From Octopus vulgaris (lineage: Eukaryota), in the NCBI GenBank assembly GCA_951406725.2, contig OX597814.1, forward strand, positions 80,166,001 through 80,230,000: a DNA stretch of 64,000 nucleotides, written 5' to 3'. Of the stretch, positions 1 through 12,224 are shown piece after piece. How positions within the stretch are numbered: position 1 is the first letter of the stretch; each line of letters starts with the position of its first letter. A model generated the notes under the pieces. The model worked only from the letters and a program-made list of their open reading frames with translations. It was not told where the DNA came from and ran no database searches. A program made the translations under genes and the position numbers.

Positions 1-389
1 AAGTACTGAGTGAGTATACCTATGATCAAAGGTGTTCTTACCATGACATTCTCAGTTTTTTTCTTTTGCACAAAGAACCCAGGACTTCATTATCAAACCT
101 GTTCTTTTAAGATGGCTCCCTCAGTTCTTTGTTTATATAACTGTTGTCGTTGCCGCTACTTAAACTTACGCCTCCGCTCCCAGAACATCCCTGCATGAAC
201 AGACCTATGATAAAAAAGCATTCCAGACATATATGTATAAAAATGGTAGTTGCCTACACTTTATGACTACCTCTTGTACTTATACCTTAGATCCATCATG
301 GCGTCTGATGTGGCTTTTTAACCCAGACAATGTATTAAAAAGACATTCACATGGATTGCATATCTGATTTGGACCACCAAGAGCTGCAG

Positions 390-520
390 CATGGAGGCGA
401 ATGAACTGGAGCAATGTGAAATAAAGTGTTTTGCTCACGAGTTGCCTGGTTCAGGAATCGAAACCACAACCTTACTATCATGAGGCCAACACCCTAACCA
501 CTAAGCCATACGCCTCCACC
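390..520 (-). mobile_element. tRNA-derived SINE fragment (same family as 32723-33245)
   Basis: Minus strand reads GGCTTAGTGGTTAGG (A-box-like) ... GGTTTCGATTCC (B-box-like), then GAGCAAAACACTTTATTTCACATTGCTCCAGTTCA, matching the copy at 32723. Boundaries approximate. Confidence 0.6.
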
Positions 521-599
521 CTGAATAAATGGACCTAAGACCAAAAGCACCTCAAAGGTAAACTACAAGTCATTGTCTTTGTTTTGTTTTCTTTACCCA

Positions 600-1035
600 G
601 TTACCGTTGACTAACTCAATGTAGATTTTGTCTATGACGGCAGAGTATGACTTGATCCTGAAGGATATTTGGATGCCCTTTCTAGCAGGTGGAGCAACAG
701 TGTAGAGACTCCTTTTGCTATATTTAAATTCAGTGTAACTGACCAATAGCATTTTGTTAGGCATGGCATTAGACCCCTTCCTTATAAATGATTTAGCGAC
801 TATAAAACGTACCTGTCGTGTATAGTTTTGTAAAAGGAAAGAAACATTCACTGGCTTAAAATTACGAGAGAGACCAAGTCTGAACCATTGCAACAGAATG
901 AGCTTTGCTAAAACCACCGAACGACTTGGTAATATAAAACCGAGCAACTGATAAAGTCTAACATAGAACATGAAAGCTCTCTTCGATGGTCTTCTGTACA
1001 ATTTACGCATACGGGTTTGATTAATCCGAGTCTAT
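600..1035 (-). pseudogene. Possible degenerate 3' end of an L1/Tx1-like LINE ORF2
   Basis: Minus strand encodes RLGLIKPVCVNCT followed, across apparent frameshifts, by KTIE/AFMF-like residues resembling a C-terminal cysteine motif. Weak similarity only. Confidence 0.25.
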
Positions 1036-1108
1036 GACTGAATGAATACATTTAGCTCAAAGTCCTGTGTTGTGGGATCGAACTCGCTACAGTGTAGCTA
1101 TGAAGCGA

Positions 1109-1393
1109 ACTTCTTAACATATAGCTTTTCCTGCGCTTTATAAAACATCGACCTTCAAATATATTTGCGATATAGCCCTTGCTTTTATTTAGCCCTAGGT
1201 CAAATCTAATCAAGCAGGCAAGACCTATGATGAAAGGTGTCTCAGCCGTGATTATTCGGTTTAACAATTATTTTTTTATTCATTCGTCAGTGAATGTTAT
1301 TTCCTATTTGCTTCAAACTGTGCTATTGTGACCTGGACATCAATGTTTTGAAACTGACCTATTTTCCATTACATTTCGAACAGATTCAGCGCT
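1109..1393. repeat. Left arm of a diverged inverted repeat (partner 4108-4446)
   Basis: 1109-1262 is the near reverse complement of 4293-4446, and 1275-1393 matches 4108-4270 with a gap. Confidence 0.85.
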
Positions 1394-2461
1394 GAGTTGC
1401 TGAAGCAGAAATATCGTTATAGCAAGTAATCTGCTCAATGTCACAGATTTGCTCGTCAGTTGCTTGGCCTTAACCACTTGAGCATGTCTCTTATTGGTTG
1501 ACAATATGTGCATCTTTGATCTTAAGCAGGAGTAGTGGAGGGGACATCATGGTCATGTGTCGAGAGGGGTTCTTTGGGGTTTGAATAATGTAACAAAAGC
1601 AAAATTTGAAAGAAATATTGGTCATTTTTCATACTTTGTAGGGGTAAGCAAATAGGAAAAAAAACAGTTGCTACACAAGTCAAAAGTCGTGTTACACAGT
1701 GTTGTCAGTCCAGTTTTTAATTTTCGGGTAATAGGTTGTGATTTTAGAGATATTTGGTTGCTATTTCTAGCAGTTCATGACCAAGTAGAGACACGAAAAT
1801 GTCACCTCACTCTGCGTAGAAATCACTTTCACTTTCAATTAACAACTGATTTACTAGTGGGTTTGCTTCTTTCGTTCCTTGTTTCCCTTGGAGCAGCGTT
1901 TTAGACGTAGAATATTATTCTAACTTGAAGACAAATCTCTTTAACAAGCTTGCCCATGGTCCAACCTCCAGTAGGTTTAAATCGAATTGATTTTATGTCA
2001 GTCACTCTAATACACAACATTGAACATCTATTGATACACTATCAGCATCAGCATCAGTAGTTGCAGCAGTAACTACAAGTCAAGTATGCTTTACACTGAA
2101 GAGAGGCGGCAACACCTCTATAACATATCACATACTGCTGTATATTGCATTAAGCACTTTAGGTTAGAAACGAAACACCACCCAGTTTTGCTATGTATAA
2201 ATATATTGTCAAATACATTAAACTTGTAATAGTCCGCCCTACACTATTAATAAATAAATAGTATTAATTACTAATCTTACTATGTGTAAACGAAATAAAT
2301 AATGGAACTTACTGAACGGGTCACAGGAGTAAAGTGAGAGTGAATAAAAATGTAATTAAAATAACTGAATGGTTGTGCATGTGTTTTATTAACAGATTAA
2401 TTGAAGCAAGTGGCGTGGAAAAACAAGCAGAGAAACTTGCATTATTTATTTTGATTACTTA

Positions 2462-3110
2462 AGGCGGCGACCAGATAGAATCGTTAGCACGGCGGGTGAA
2501 ATACTTACGGGCATTTCATCTGTCCTTACGTTCTAAGTTCGAATTCCGTCGAGGTCGACTTTACCTTTCATTCTTTCGGAATCGATAGAATAAGTAGGAG
2601 TTGAATATTGGGGTCGATGTAATCGACAAATCTCCTCCCCAAAAATTTCAGGCCTTGTGCCTTTTTTAGAAAGGATTATTTATTTTACGTACGTAAGGCG
2701 GCGACCTGACAGAATCGTTAACACGCCGGGCAAACTGCTTACAAGCAATTCATCCGTGTTGACGTTCTGAGTTCAAATCCCGCTGAAGTTAACTATGCTT
2801 TTCATCCTAATTGACTTGCCTCCTTTCCCGAAATTGCTGTCCTTGTGCCAGAAGTCATTATTTTAAGTCATTACTTGACGTCATTACTTGAATGTCGGCG
2901 AACTGGTAGAAACGGTAGAGCGTCGAACAAAATGTTTTGTAGTATTTAGTTATATCTCTTTACGCTCTGATTTCAAATCCTGCTGAAATCAAACTTTGCG
3001 TTTCCCCCTTTCAGGCTTGAGAAAATGAAGTACCAGACATTCACTGGAATTGATATAGTTGGCTATACTCCCCTACATAAGGCCTCAGGATAATGTTGGA
3101 AATTATCGGT
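2462..3110 (+). mobile_element. Three adjacent degenerate copies of tRNA-derived SINE family A
   Basis: Repeated GGCGGCGA..AGAATCGTTAGCACG..GTTC(G/A)AAT(T/C)CC..GGTCGACTTT..TTTCAT starting at ~2462, ~2696 and ~2895. Confidence 0.75.
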
Positions 3111-4107
3111 GAGTTAGAAAGAGAAAGCTTGCATACATGAGCAACCTCTAGATTCTGCATGCGTGTGCGCGCACACACACACGCGCACCACACACACACA
3201 CACACACACACATACCCAGCACTCTCCCAGAGTTGCACTTTGGAGAGAAGCTTTCCAAATATTGATGCATAGATCTTCCACAAGAGCCGTCAACCATCAA
3301 CTTGCAGGGACCAAACTCAGTAGAATGTATAGCTCATCTCGTTGTAGTTGCTGATCCCTTTGTCTTAACTCCCATCGTCAGTCATGACTGAACAAACATA
3401 CATTCAACTACGTTCCAACCATGAATATCTGGAATTTTCGATGTTATATGCGACTACGCCATTTAATGTCACCGTTTCTTTTTTTTTTTTCTAAGAAAGA
3501 AGATACACTTGAAGCAGTATCAAAATAACTAACCCCTACCCTCCACCCCCCATACAATTGCACCCTAGTAATTAAACCCTGGCAATTTATCCCTGGACTA
3601 TTTCTATTTCTCCAGTTAATAGAAAGTTCAACCATGATGATTCAAATAAATATTAATAAAACTAATTAAGGTTATAATTCCATCTATACATAAATAGTGC
3701 AATTAATAATTACATGCAATTTCAGTGGTATAATTATTATGATATAATAACATAAATGTTACGATTAGATAATTCTCCTTGTTGGTTAAGAAATGAAACA
3801 TGAAAATAAAACCCTAATTAGTTTCGTTAGTATTTATTTGCACCGCCTAATTAGTGCTTTTTCTTAGATTTCTTTTAATTGCGAGCAGTGGCCCTACGAA
3901 AGCAATTTTCCTCTAACTGACGAATATTTTGTTGCTACTTCTAGCAGATCGCGTACATTCAGTTAGTATTGATATTACGAGGTTGGCAGCACATTTTAAT
4001 CAGTGAACTCTCAGACTAAATGCCGTAGTCTGTTTCATATCACTCTGAGTTCAAAATCATCACTAGGATTGTAATCGCTTTTCAAGTGTTCTTCGGTCAA
4101 TAAAATA

Positions 4108-4446
4108 AGTACTGAATCTGTCCGAAATGTAATGGAAAGTAGATCAATTTCAAAACATTGATGTCCAGGTCTCAAAAACAAGGTTTGAAGGGAATAGTAG
4201 TCATTTCGTTTGATTTCTAGACAGAAGCAAATAGGAAATAACATTTACTGACGAATGACTAAAAAAAATGATTGTTACACAGTGCAATCAATAAACCGAA
4301 TAATCACGGCTGAGACACCTATCATCATAGGTCTTGCCTGCTTGATTAGGTTTGACCTCGGGCTAAATAAAAGCAAGGGCTATATCGCAAATATATTTGA
4401 AGCTCGATATTTTATAAAGCGCAAGTAGAGCTATATGTTAAGAAGT
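4108..4446. repeat. Right arm of the inverted repeat (partner 1109-1393)
   Basis: Reverse-complement match read directly. The inner part also matches the dispersed repeat at 29170-29350. Confidence 0.85.
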
Positions 4447-4481
4447 ACTTGGAATGATTCCTTTAATAATTTGGTCTAGAG

Positions 4482-4679
4482 CAGTGGTTTCCAAACTTTT
4501 TAGAGTCGCGACCCACTATTTCTCACATCAGTTTATGACGACCCACTTAACTCTACTGAACTATCTCGATAGACAGCAGTTAATCAAAGCTAATGCGTAA
4601 TTTTATAACTTTTTGCGACCCACTAAGATTCCGTTCGCGACCCATCTGTGGGTCGCGACCCATAGTTTGGGAACCACTG
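4482..4679. mobile_element. hAT (Charlie-type) MITE, 198 bp
   Basis: TIRs CAGTGGTTTCCAAAC / GTTTGGGAACCACTG. 8-bp TSD GTCTAGAG / GTCTAGGG (1 mismatch), fitting the NTCTAGAN preference. Internal GGGTCGCGACCC subterminal palindromes. Confidence 0.85.
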
Positions 4680-5299
4680 GTCTAGGGGAAAGGGTTATGA
4701 TATGTCCTTCATTGTCACTCCCTCCAAAATCAGCTTGGTTGATATTCTTTTTGAGCAACTGCAAGAAGAAAAAATGATGGAATTTCAGAAAAGTTACGTC
4801 CTAGAAGGTACGTTCTGAGTGTGATTTGAGAGGAGACTGTATCAACATTTTTTTTCCTACAAGTCAGATGACAATAAAGAGGTTGTTATCCGTGTTGTTG
4901 TTGTTTAGCCCCAGGTCGGCGCCGGGTATTTAGCTACTATTCTTGCCAGATCGGGTCACAGCGTACAAATTACTTTATGGTATATGTATCATTAGGAGTT
5001 AGGGCAGTAATAGTAGTAGTAACTGCTCTGGCTGCCGCTGTTGACATGAGGGTGGGGAGATTGCGAGGTCGTCTGTAGGAAAATGGGAACTCTTTACATT
5101 ACTCAAGTGGTACGGAACGACGGGATTGGAGAGGTGGGTTGAAAATGGAGTAGCAGATTCTGATGAGAGAATCAAATTAAAGAAGGAATTGAAAGTAAAT
5201 TCATGTGTAGGTTTGTATGCGTGTGTGTGAGTGTGTATGTGTGTGTGTGTGTGTAAGTGCGTTTGTACATATACACACACGCGCATATATGTATGGGGC

Positions 5300-5488
5300 G
5301 GGGCGAAGCTCTGAGATAAGAAGCTTGCTTCCTAAGCATAGGGTTTCGGATTCAGTCCCACTGCGTGATACTTTGAGCAAGTATCTTCTGCTATAGCCTT
5401 GTTAATGGATTTCGTAGACGGAAACTGGAAGAAGCCCGTTGTGTGTATGTGTGTGTGTGTGTGCGTGCGCGTGCGTGTGTGTGTGTGC

Positions 5489-5531
<43 letters not shown>

Positions 5532-5700
5532 CTTTGTGTCTGTGTTTGTCCCTCACCACCGCGTGACAACCGATGTTGGTGTGGTTACGTCCTCGTAACT
5601 TAGCGGTTCGGCATTAGGAAAAAAAGACAAAAGAATTTTCAAAGCAGTGCCCCAGTATGGCCTCAGTCTACTGACTGAAATAAGTAAAAGAAAAGAAATA
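5300..5700 (+). mobile_element. tRNA-derived SINE family B with internal (TG)n
   Basis: AAGAAGCTTGCTTCC..GGATTCAGTCCCACTGCGTG..GACGGAAACTG..(TG)n..GACAACCGATGTTGGTGTG..CTTAGCGGTTCGGC, homologous to 19240-19650 and 23280-23665. Confidence 0.75.
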
Positions 5701-6298
5701 TATGTATGTTTGTATGTATGTATTTATGCATGTATGTGTGTGTATGTATGTATGTATGTATGTGTGTGTGTATGTATGTATGTATGTATGTATGTATGTA
5801 TGTGTGTATGTATGTATGTATGTATGTATGTGTGTATGTATAGATGTATGAGTGAATGAATGAATAATGCGAAATAGGAAAGGAAATATGAGGGAGAGAT
5901 AAGTAGGAAGAGAAGAAGCGAGAGAGAGAGAGAGGTGGGAGGGGAAGGAGTGATGATTTGACGAATTTCGGTGACATGTTTACACGGAGAAGAGTTTCTA
6001 GTTTGTGGAACAAAGAGAGAAAGAGAAAAAAAGGTGAAGTTGTTTATTACAGCTAATGTTGGGAAAATAGAATTGTTTATATTAAATTCCTGGACATATA
6101 ATAAATACATTCGCGTCACTTTCTATTCACACTGCCAAGAAATATTTTGTCGTTTGTTTGAGATATTATTAACTGTTTTTTTTTTCTTTTTCATTTTTGT
6201 GCTTCTTCACAATCTGGCTGAGGGAACAGATGCCATTATGGCTTCCTACAAACTGTGTGTGCGTGTTTGTGCGTGTGTGAGCGTGTATGTGTGTGTAT

Positions 6299-6345
<47 letters not shown>

Positions 6346-6761
6346 GATAACGAAGAAGTGAGTGTAGATTTAATTCATATCCGAAAACTTCTTTATTTAA
6401 AAGTATTCTACAGATGACCTACATATGTTTCGACTGCCCATTGCTTTGTATGCGATTATGCATTCTAGTCGTGACAATTTCATGAAGGGCCCATCACTCA
6501 TGACGCTTTCAAAGTGAACTGATTCTAATAAGCATCCTACGTTGGTATTCCGTTGAAGATAATAGTGTTAATGTTTATATCCGATGGAATGCTGGTTTTT
6601 ATAATCAGCTCTGCAGGTATTAGAGAGTGGAAGCGTGGTTCTAAAAGCGTTTATTCAGATTTCAATCAATTGCAGCAGTTTTGTTTACATGTTGCTGTAA
6701 GGTGTACATCATTTATTCAAAGGCATTTTACTAATTTTGGGTCTGTACCCTCAATCAATAT

Positions 6762-6762
<1 letters not shown>

Positions 6763-6850
<88 letters not shown>
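6763..6850. repeat. (TG)n microsatellite
   Basis: Pure TG run. Confidence 0.95.
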
Positions 6851-6852
<2 letters not shown>

Positions 6853-6985
6853 TGGAAAATGTGTGAAATCCTTGGTACAGTTTGCTATATTTGAAAAAGT
6901 AAAAGAATTACTTCACTTTTCTAATAATGTATTATAATTTTACAATTTGGCTTGTAGGTTTAGTAGGATCTTTGTTAACTTCTCC

Positions 6986-7184
6986 ACCGAAGTTAACGAA
7001 GAGCTTACAAGATGTAAAATTATAATACATTATTAGAAAATTAAATTGATTACAACTACCAGTAAAGTCATTCTTTTCCTTTTTTAAATATATATATACA
7101 CGTATACATATGTATATAAATATGCACGTATGCTTACATACATGTATGTGTATATATATATGATAATAAATAATATATATATGC

Positions 7185-7228
<44 letters not shown>

Positions 7229-7427
7229 GCATATATATATTATTTATTATCATATATATATACACATACATGTATGTATGCATACGTGCATATTTATATA
7301 CATATGTATACGTGTATATATATATTTAAAAAAGGAAAAGAATGACTTTACTGGTAGTTGTAATCAATTTAATTTTCTAATAATGTATTATAATTTTACA
7401 TCTTGTAAGCTCTTCGTTAACTTCGGT
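6986..7427. repeat. 442-bp near-perfect palindrome centred on an (AT)n tract
   Basis: Position i pairs with 14413-i. One mismatch seen (GCTTAC vs GCATAC). No non-palindromic spacer. Confidence 0.9.
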
Positions 7428-7572
7428 TGTCGGCTGCCTATCTACTCCTCATTTCGAGCATTCAATGACAATATGAGTCTTCAAAGACAGTTGCTCCCAT
7501 AAATTCTAAAATAAAATTTAGCATTTATGGAGGGTCAACGTTGGGAACAAATTGTGTATAACAGCTTTAGTT

Positions 7573-7621
<49 letters not shown>

Positions 7622-7843
7622 TATAGATATACATACATATACATATATAAACAAATAACAACAGATGAATGTTTTTTATTAATGAATAGAGTTATAACCT
7701 CAAGTGAAAAAAATCCGTTTTCATCAGGTGAATATTAGCACGAATTAAGTATCTAAAATTTTTAAAAAACATTTCAATGAATCCGATTATGTGCCATTTC
7801 ATTATTTGCTGGTGAACTTCGCCCAGGGAATATATATATATAT

Positions 7844-8005
7844 GTAGTTAAAGTTAATCCAAACATCAAAGCACAAAAAAAAACACAACAACGCGAGGAC
7901 GTGGAACAAATATAGTATTATTGGACGCTCAGAAATGAAGGAAAGATCCAGAGAAGGGAAGACAGGGGAAAACAAATTGCCAACGGTGCACACGCGGTCA
8001 CATTA
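7844..8005 (-). mobile_element. Short (TA)n-anchored repeat, same family as 25535-25740 but lacking the hammerhead segment
   Basis: Reverse complement shares ATGTGACCGCGTGTG ... GCGTCCAATAATACTATATTTGTTCCACGTCCTCGCGTTGTTGTG ... GTTTGGATTAAC, followed by (TA)n. Confidence 0.75.
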
Positions 8006-8084
8006 TAAACATATGTATGTACATGTAAAGAAGAAGGAAACAAAAACTGAAGATTTTCAGACGATGAATATTGAAGTGTAAATA

Positions 8085-8875
8085 TTTGGTCATCCCATAA
8101 ATAATGTGGTTTTTTTCAACTGCATGAACTAAAAGTCGGAGGGAGACGGGGATAAACTACCTACATCAACTTGCTATAAAAGCAAGTAGTATTTTTACCT
8201 AGTCCTTATGCTTAGTACAAGTTTTGAAGAGTGCATTTATTTTTCCAAAGCTATAATGAAAGTGACAAAGAAGCATATTCGGTATATTTTGCTTTATGAT
8301 TTCAATAAAGACAACAACGCAACGGAAAGTGCGAGGAATATCAATGCAGTATATGGGGGTAGGACAATAAGCGTAAGCCAGTATCAACGGTGGTTCCAGA
8401 AATTCCGAGCCGGAAACTACAGCCAAGAAGACGAGCCTCGTCCTGGAAGATCTGTAGAACTCGACAAGGACGTCCTGGTGGAACAAAACCCCCTCGTAAC
8501 TGTTGAGGAACTAGCAGAGAAGCTTGGATTTGGTCATTTAATCATTCATTGACACCTGCATGCCATCGGAAAAAACAGCAAATTGGGTCAATGAGTTCCT
8601 CATAAACTTTCCGAATCTAATCGCGCGCAGAGAGTGAATGTGTGTTCTTCTTTGCTTCACGTCTCACGAATAAACGTTTTTTTTTTCTTTTTTGACCGAA
8701 TAGTGACTGGTGACGAGAAATGGGTTCTCTATAAAAATGTCAAGCGCCGAAGGCAGTGGGTTGGGAAAGGAGAAATACCGGCATCCCAGGCATAAGAAGG
8801 TCTTCACCCATGTAAGGAGTTGTTATTTGGAAAAATAAAAGAAATAAAATCTGCATTATTTACGCGATGACAAAA
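8085..8875 (+). mobile_element. Internally deleted mariner (Tc1/mariner) transposon with transposase pseudogene
   Basis: TIRs TGGTCATCCCATAAATAATG / CATTATTTACGCGATGACAA. The remnant encodes HIRYILLYDF..RWFQKFRAGN..EDEPRPGR (HTH), Q*VPHKL (WVPHEL motif) and DRIVTGDEKWVLY (first catalytic D). Stops and frameshifts present, C-terminal half missing. Confidence 0.9.
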
Positions 8876-9886
8876 TGTATAGATAATCATATTAATAGAT
8901 CAAACTTACACATAGTCCAGATGACAGGGGCGATTAAAAGGGAGGAAGAAAGGTGTTATAAGTCCAATAGCTGTTTCTGGGGGCTCGGAAACCCATCATA
9001 ATGTTGGTAGATGTAGTTCATCAAAATTTGCAGCCAGTAATGGAAGTAAATTAACATTAGATAAATTGAGCCTTCGTCATCAGGGTAGAAACAAAAACTT
9101 GCATTTCAGAACTTGATATAGAGAAGTTTAAAGATGGAATGACTCCACCTTTCAGTCATTGAACTGTGGCCATGCTGAAGCACCTCTGTTTGGGGATACT
9201 CGAACAAATCTATCTTAGTACTGTCTTATTTAAAGTTCAGTACTTATTCTATTGGCCGAGTTAAGAGATTGAAGTTCTGCAGGGACAGATTTATTGAATA
9301 GAAGTTTTCATTTTAGTACCACATTTACTCAACATAGTTTAGTTAAAAACGACATTACTTAGCTATAAAATACGAAAACTAAATACGAGACCTTATGTTT
9401 AAGTATATTTCACTTTTTAAACTTCTAGTCTGCTTACTGACAGTTTGCATTTTCAATATTGTACTATATACAATCATTACGTATGTGTGACTTTTGGCAA
9501 GACAACAATTATTGTGTACAACAGCCAAACTGATGCCAAGCATATTGGTTATGTTCTGGGGCAAAATATGTAAATCCACTTGCTCTCCAGCCAAGCTGGT
9601 GCCAGTTGTAACTATTGTATCTAAGGGCAAAACACTTCAATCGGCTTGAAAATTTATCCTATCTTTTTCCAGACTTATTGTTTGTATAATAGACTAAAAC
9701 ACTTTACACAAATTTCCGCACTGTATACAAATACAACTTAATGAGATATAATATTGGGTGGGAGTATTTCCTACTAAACTTTGCTATGCTGAGAAAAATT
9801 TCTGCGATTTAAAATGATAAATGAAATCCGTCCATATTTGGGTCACTGAGATCAAGATCATTGGTAGGGGAAACCTATGAGCCGGG

Positions 9887-9917
<31 letters not shown>

Positions 9918-10129
9918 GTGTGTCTGTGTGTCTTTGGATGCGTGTGTGTCTTTGTATGTATGTGTGTCTGTGTGTGTATTTGTGAGTCCGTGACGGTATG
10001 TATATACTTACACGTACATATACGGTAAATTTCTCTTCTTTCTTTTTATTATTAATTCTTTCATTTCTTTCGTGCTCTTTCTCTCCGTTCTTCTCTTTCT
10101 CTTTCTTTCTTTCAGTATTTCTCTCGCCT

Positions 10130-10172
10130 TCTTTCTCTCTTTCTATTTCCCCACACTCTCTCTCACTTTCTT

Positions 10173-10256
<84 letters not shown>

Positions 10257-10283
10257 CCTCTCTCTCTCTCTCTCTTTCTCTCT
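10130..10283. repeat. (CT)n-rich microsatellite
   Basis: Direct reading. Confidence 0.9.
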
Positions 10284-10629
10284 GCATATATACATATACA
10301 TATCTATTTATTTATCTATGTATATGTATATGTGTATGTGTAAATATATGTTTGTTTGTTTATATGTGAATGTATCTGTGTGCACGCATGCATGCGTGTA
10401 AACCTTAAATTCTACGGTTTATAGACTTATTAGGTTGGAACTTAGCCCGTTTTCCGAAGTGCCAAGGCCATGAGAAGATACGGAACCCAACCGAACGACA
10501 AACCAGTCGTGCATCGAGTTAAACGTCCGGCCGCCGCCGCCACTGCTGCTGCTGCTGCTATGCGTTTTCAGCTCAGCGGAGTACAGTAACGTGAAATGTA
10601 GGCTAATATCCCTATGTGTGTATTTGTCT

Positions 10630-10811
10630 ATCCGTATTATTCTTTTATTGTTTCACTTTTTCAGTCATTTGTCGCTGACCAAGCTGGAGCACAGCATCAT
10701 CGGGTGTCAGATGATGATGGAGGGACAAAAACAGACACAACGTCACGCACACATAAATATAATATAGAGATATGTATGAATATTATATATGCGTGTGTGT
10801 GTGTGTATGTA

Positions 10812-10863
<52 letters not shown>

Positions 10864-10970
10864 AGAGGCTTCTTTCAGTTTCCGTCCAACAAATCCACTC
10901 ACTTGGTTGACCCGAGGCTATAGTAGAATACACTTACCTAAGGTACCATGCAGAGGAACTAAACCCGGAA
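10630..10970 (-). mobile_element. Degenerate SINE family B
   Basis: GGCTTCTTTCAGTTTCCGTC..CAAATCCACTCAC..CCCGAGGCTATAGTAGAA..CACTT, the reverse complement of family B. Confidence 0.65.
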
Positions 10971-11103
10971 TAGTCTATATATGGGAAATGCGAGTGAAGC
11001 AAGAAAATCGGAGTAGGACGGACTGCATACTCGTTTTCTAATATACAACCTCTCTATACCAACTAATTTTCTGCAGTGTATTTGGCAATATTTGTACGAG
11101 AAA

Positions 11104-11620
11104 AGGCTGGTAGAAACGTTAGCACGCCGGCGAAATGCGTAGTCGTATTTTGTCTGCCGTTACGTTCTGAGCTCAAATTCCGCCGAGGTCGACTTTGCCT
11201 TTCATCCTTTCGGGGTCGATAAATTAAGTACCAGTTAATCCGTTTGCCTGTCCTTGTTTGTCCTCTCTGTGTTTGGCCCCTTGTGGGTACTAAAGAAATA
11301 GGTATTTCGTCTGCCGCTACGTTCTGAGTTCAAATTCCGCTGAGGTCGACTTTGCTTTTCATCCTTTCGGGGTCGATTAAATAAGTATTAGTTACGCACA
11401 GGGGTCGATATAATCGACTTAATCCGCTTGTCTGTCCTTATTTATTCTCTCTGTGTTTAGCTCCTTGTGGGTAGTAAAGAAATAGGTATTTCGTCAGCAG
11501 TGAAGGTGAGGGATAAGAGGCTAAGTCGACCTCGGCGGAATTTAAACTCAGACGTAAAGACAGACTAAATCCCGCGAAGCATTTGTCTGGCGTGATAACG
11601 GTTCTACCAGCTCGTCGCAT
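11104..11620. mobile_element. SINE family A cluster (tandem + units 11104-11495, inverted head 11520-11617)
   Basis: Duplicated GTTCTGAG(C/T)TCAAATTCCGC..GAGGTCGACTTTGC..TTTCATCCTTTCGGGGTCGAT units followed by a reverse-complement head. Confidence 0.8.
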
Positions 11621-11623
11621 CCA

Positions 11624-11641
11624 TTAATAATAATAATGATG

Positions 11642-11714
<73 letters not shown>

Positions 11715-11719
11715 TGATG

Positions 11720-11773
<54 letters not shown>
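11624..11773. repeat. (TAA)n microsatellite
   Basis: Direct reading. Confidence 0.95.
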
Positions 11774-11774
<1 letters not shown>

Positions 11775-12191
11775 GTCAGTTGTTTGACCTTAACCAGTTG
11801 AGCATGTCCCTTAGTGGCTGATGATGTGTGCATCTCTGATCACAAGCAGAAGTAGTGGGGGAGCATCATAGCCATGTGTTGAGAGGGATTCTTTGGGGTT
11901 TGAATAATTCACCTCTGGAAACATGGGTAGTTCTTTCAACATCCTTAAACAACCCTTATTCAGGGACCTTTTGAGCGGGATGGGCTACTCAACCTGAAGA
12001 AAATTCTAACTGGGCCCCACCTGCAAGGTCATGTGCTGTTTATCTTGATATGAGATCACCATGTCGCGCACATATGGTTGTGATGCATGTGCCTGGTGTA
12101 CCCTTATCAGACGGGTAATCATGATGGGTATATTGGGCTTCGTATATTTTACCCCAGTGTCATTTTGATGGTATGAACTGCTCTCTCACTC

Positions 12192-12192
<1 letters not shown>
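11774..12192 (+). mobile_element. 5'-truncated non-coding retroposon 3' end embedded in (TAA)n
   Basis: Flanked by (TAA)n on both sides. Homologous to 16731-17281, 1420-1590 and (inverted) 28985-29150. Shares the 3' end CTCTCTCACTCA with the 16731 copy. Confidence 0.75.
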
Positions 12193-12223
<31 letters not shown>

Positions 12224-12224
12224 G

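Noticed and set aside
5647-6339. Many ORFs rich in YI/CV/HT/LS/poly-I (also 9784-10401, 16437-19491, 59966-63933)
   Set aside because: They are translations of stop-free microsatellites, not genes.
6340-6760. Possible old PLE 3' end on minus (GAAACATATGTA palindrome, faint EN C-terminus)
   Set aside because: The CUGANGA core and stem I partner were not found, and the region is too degenerate.
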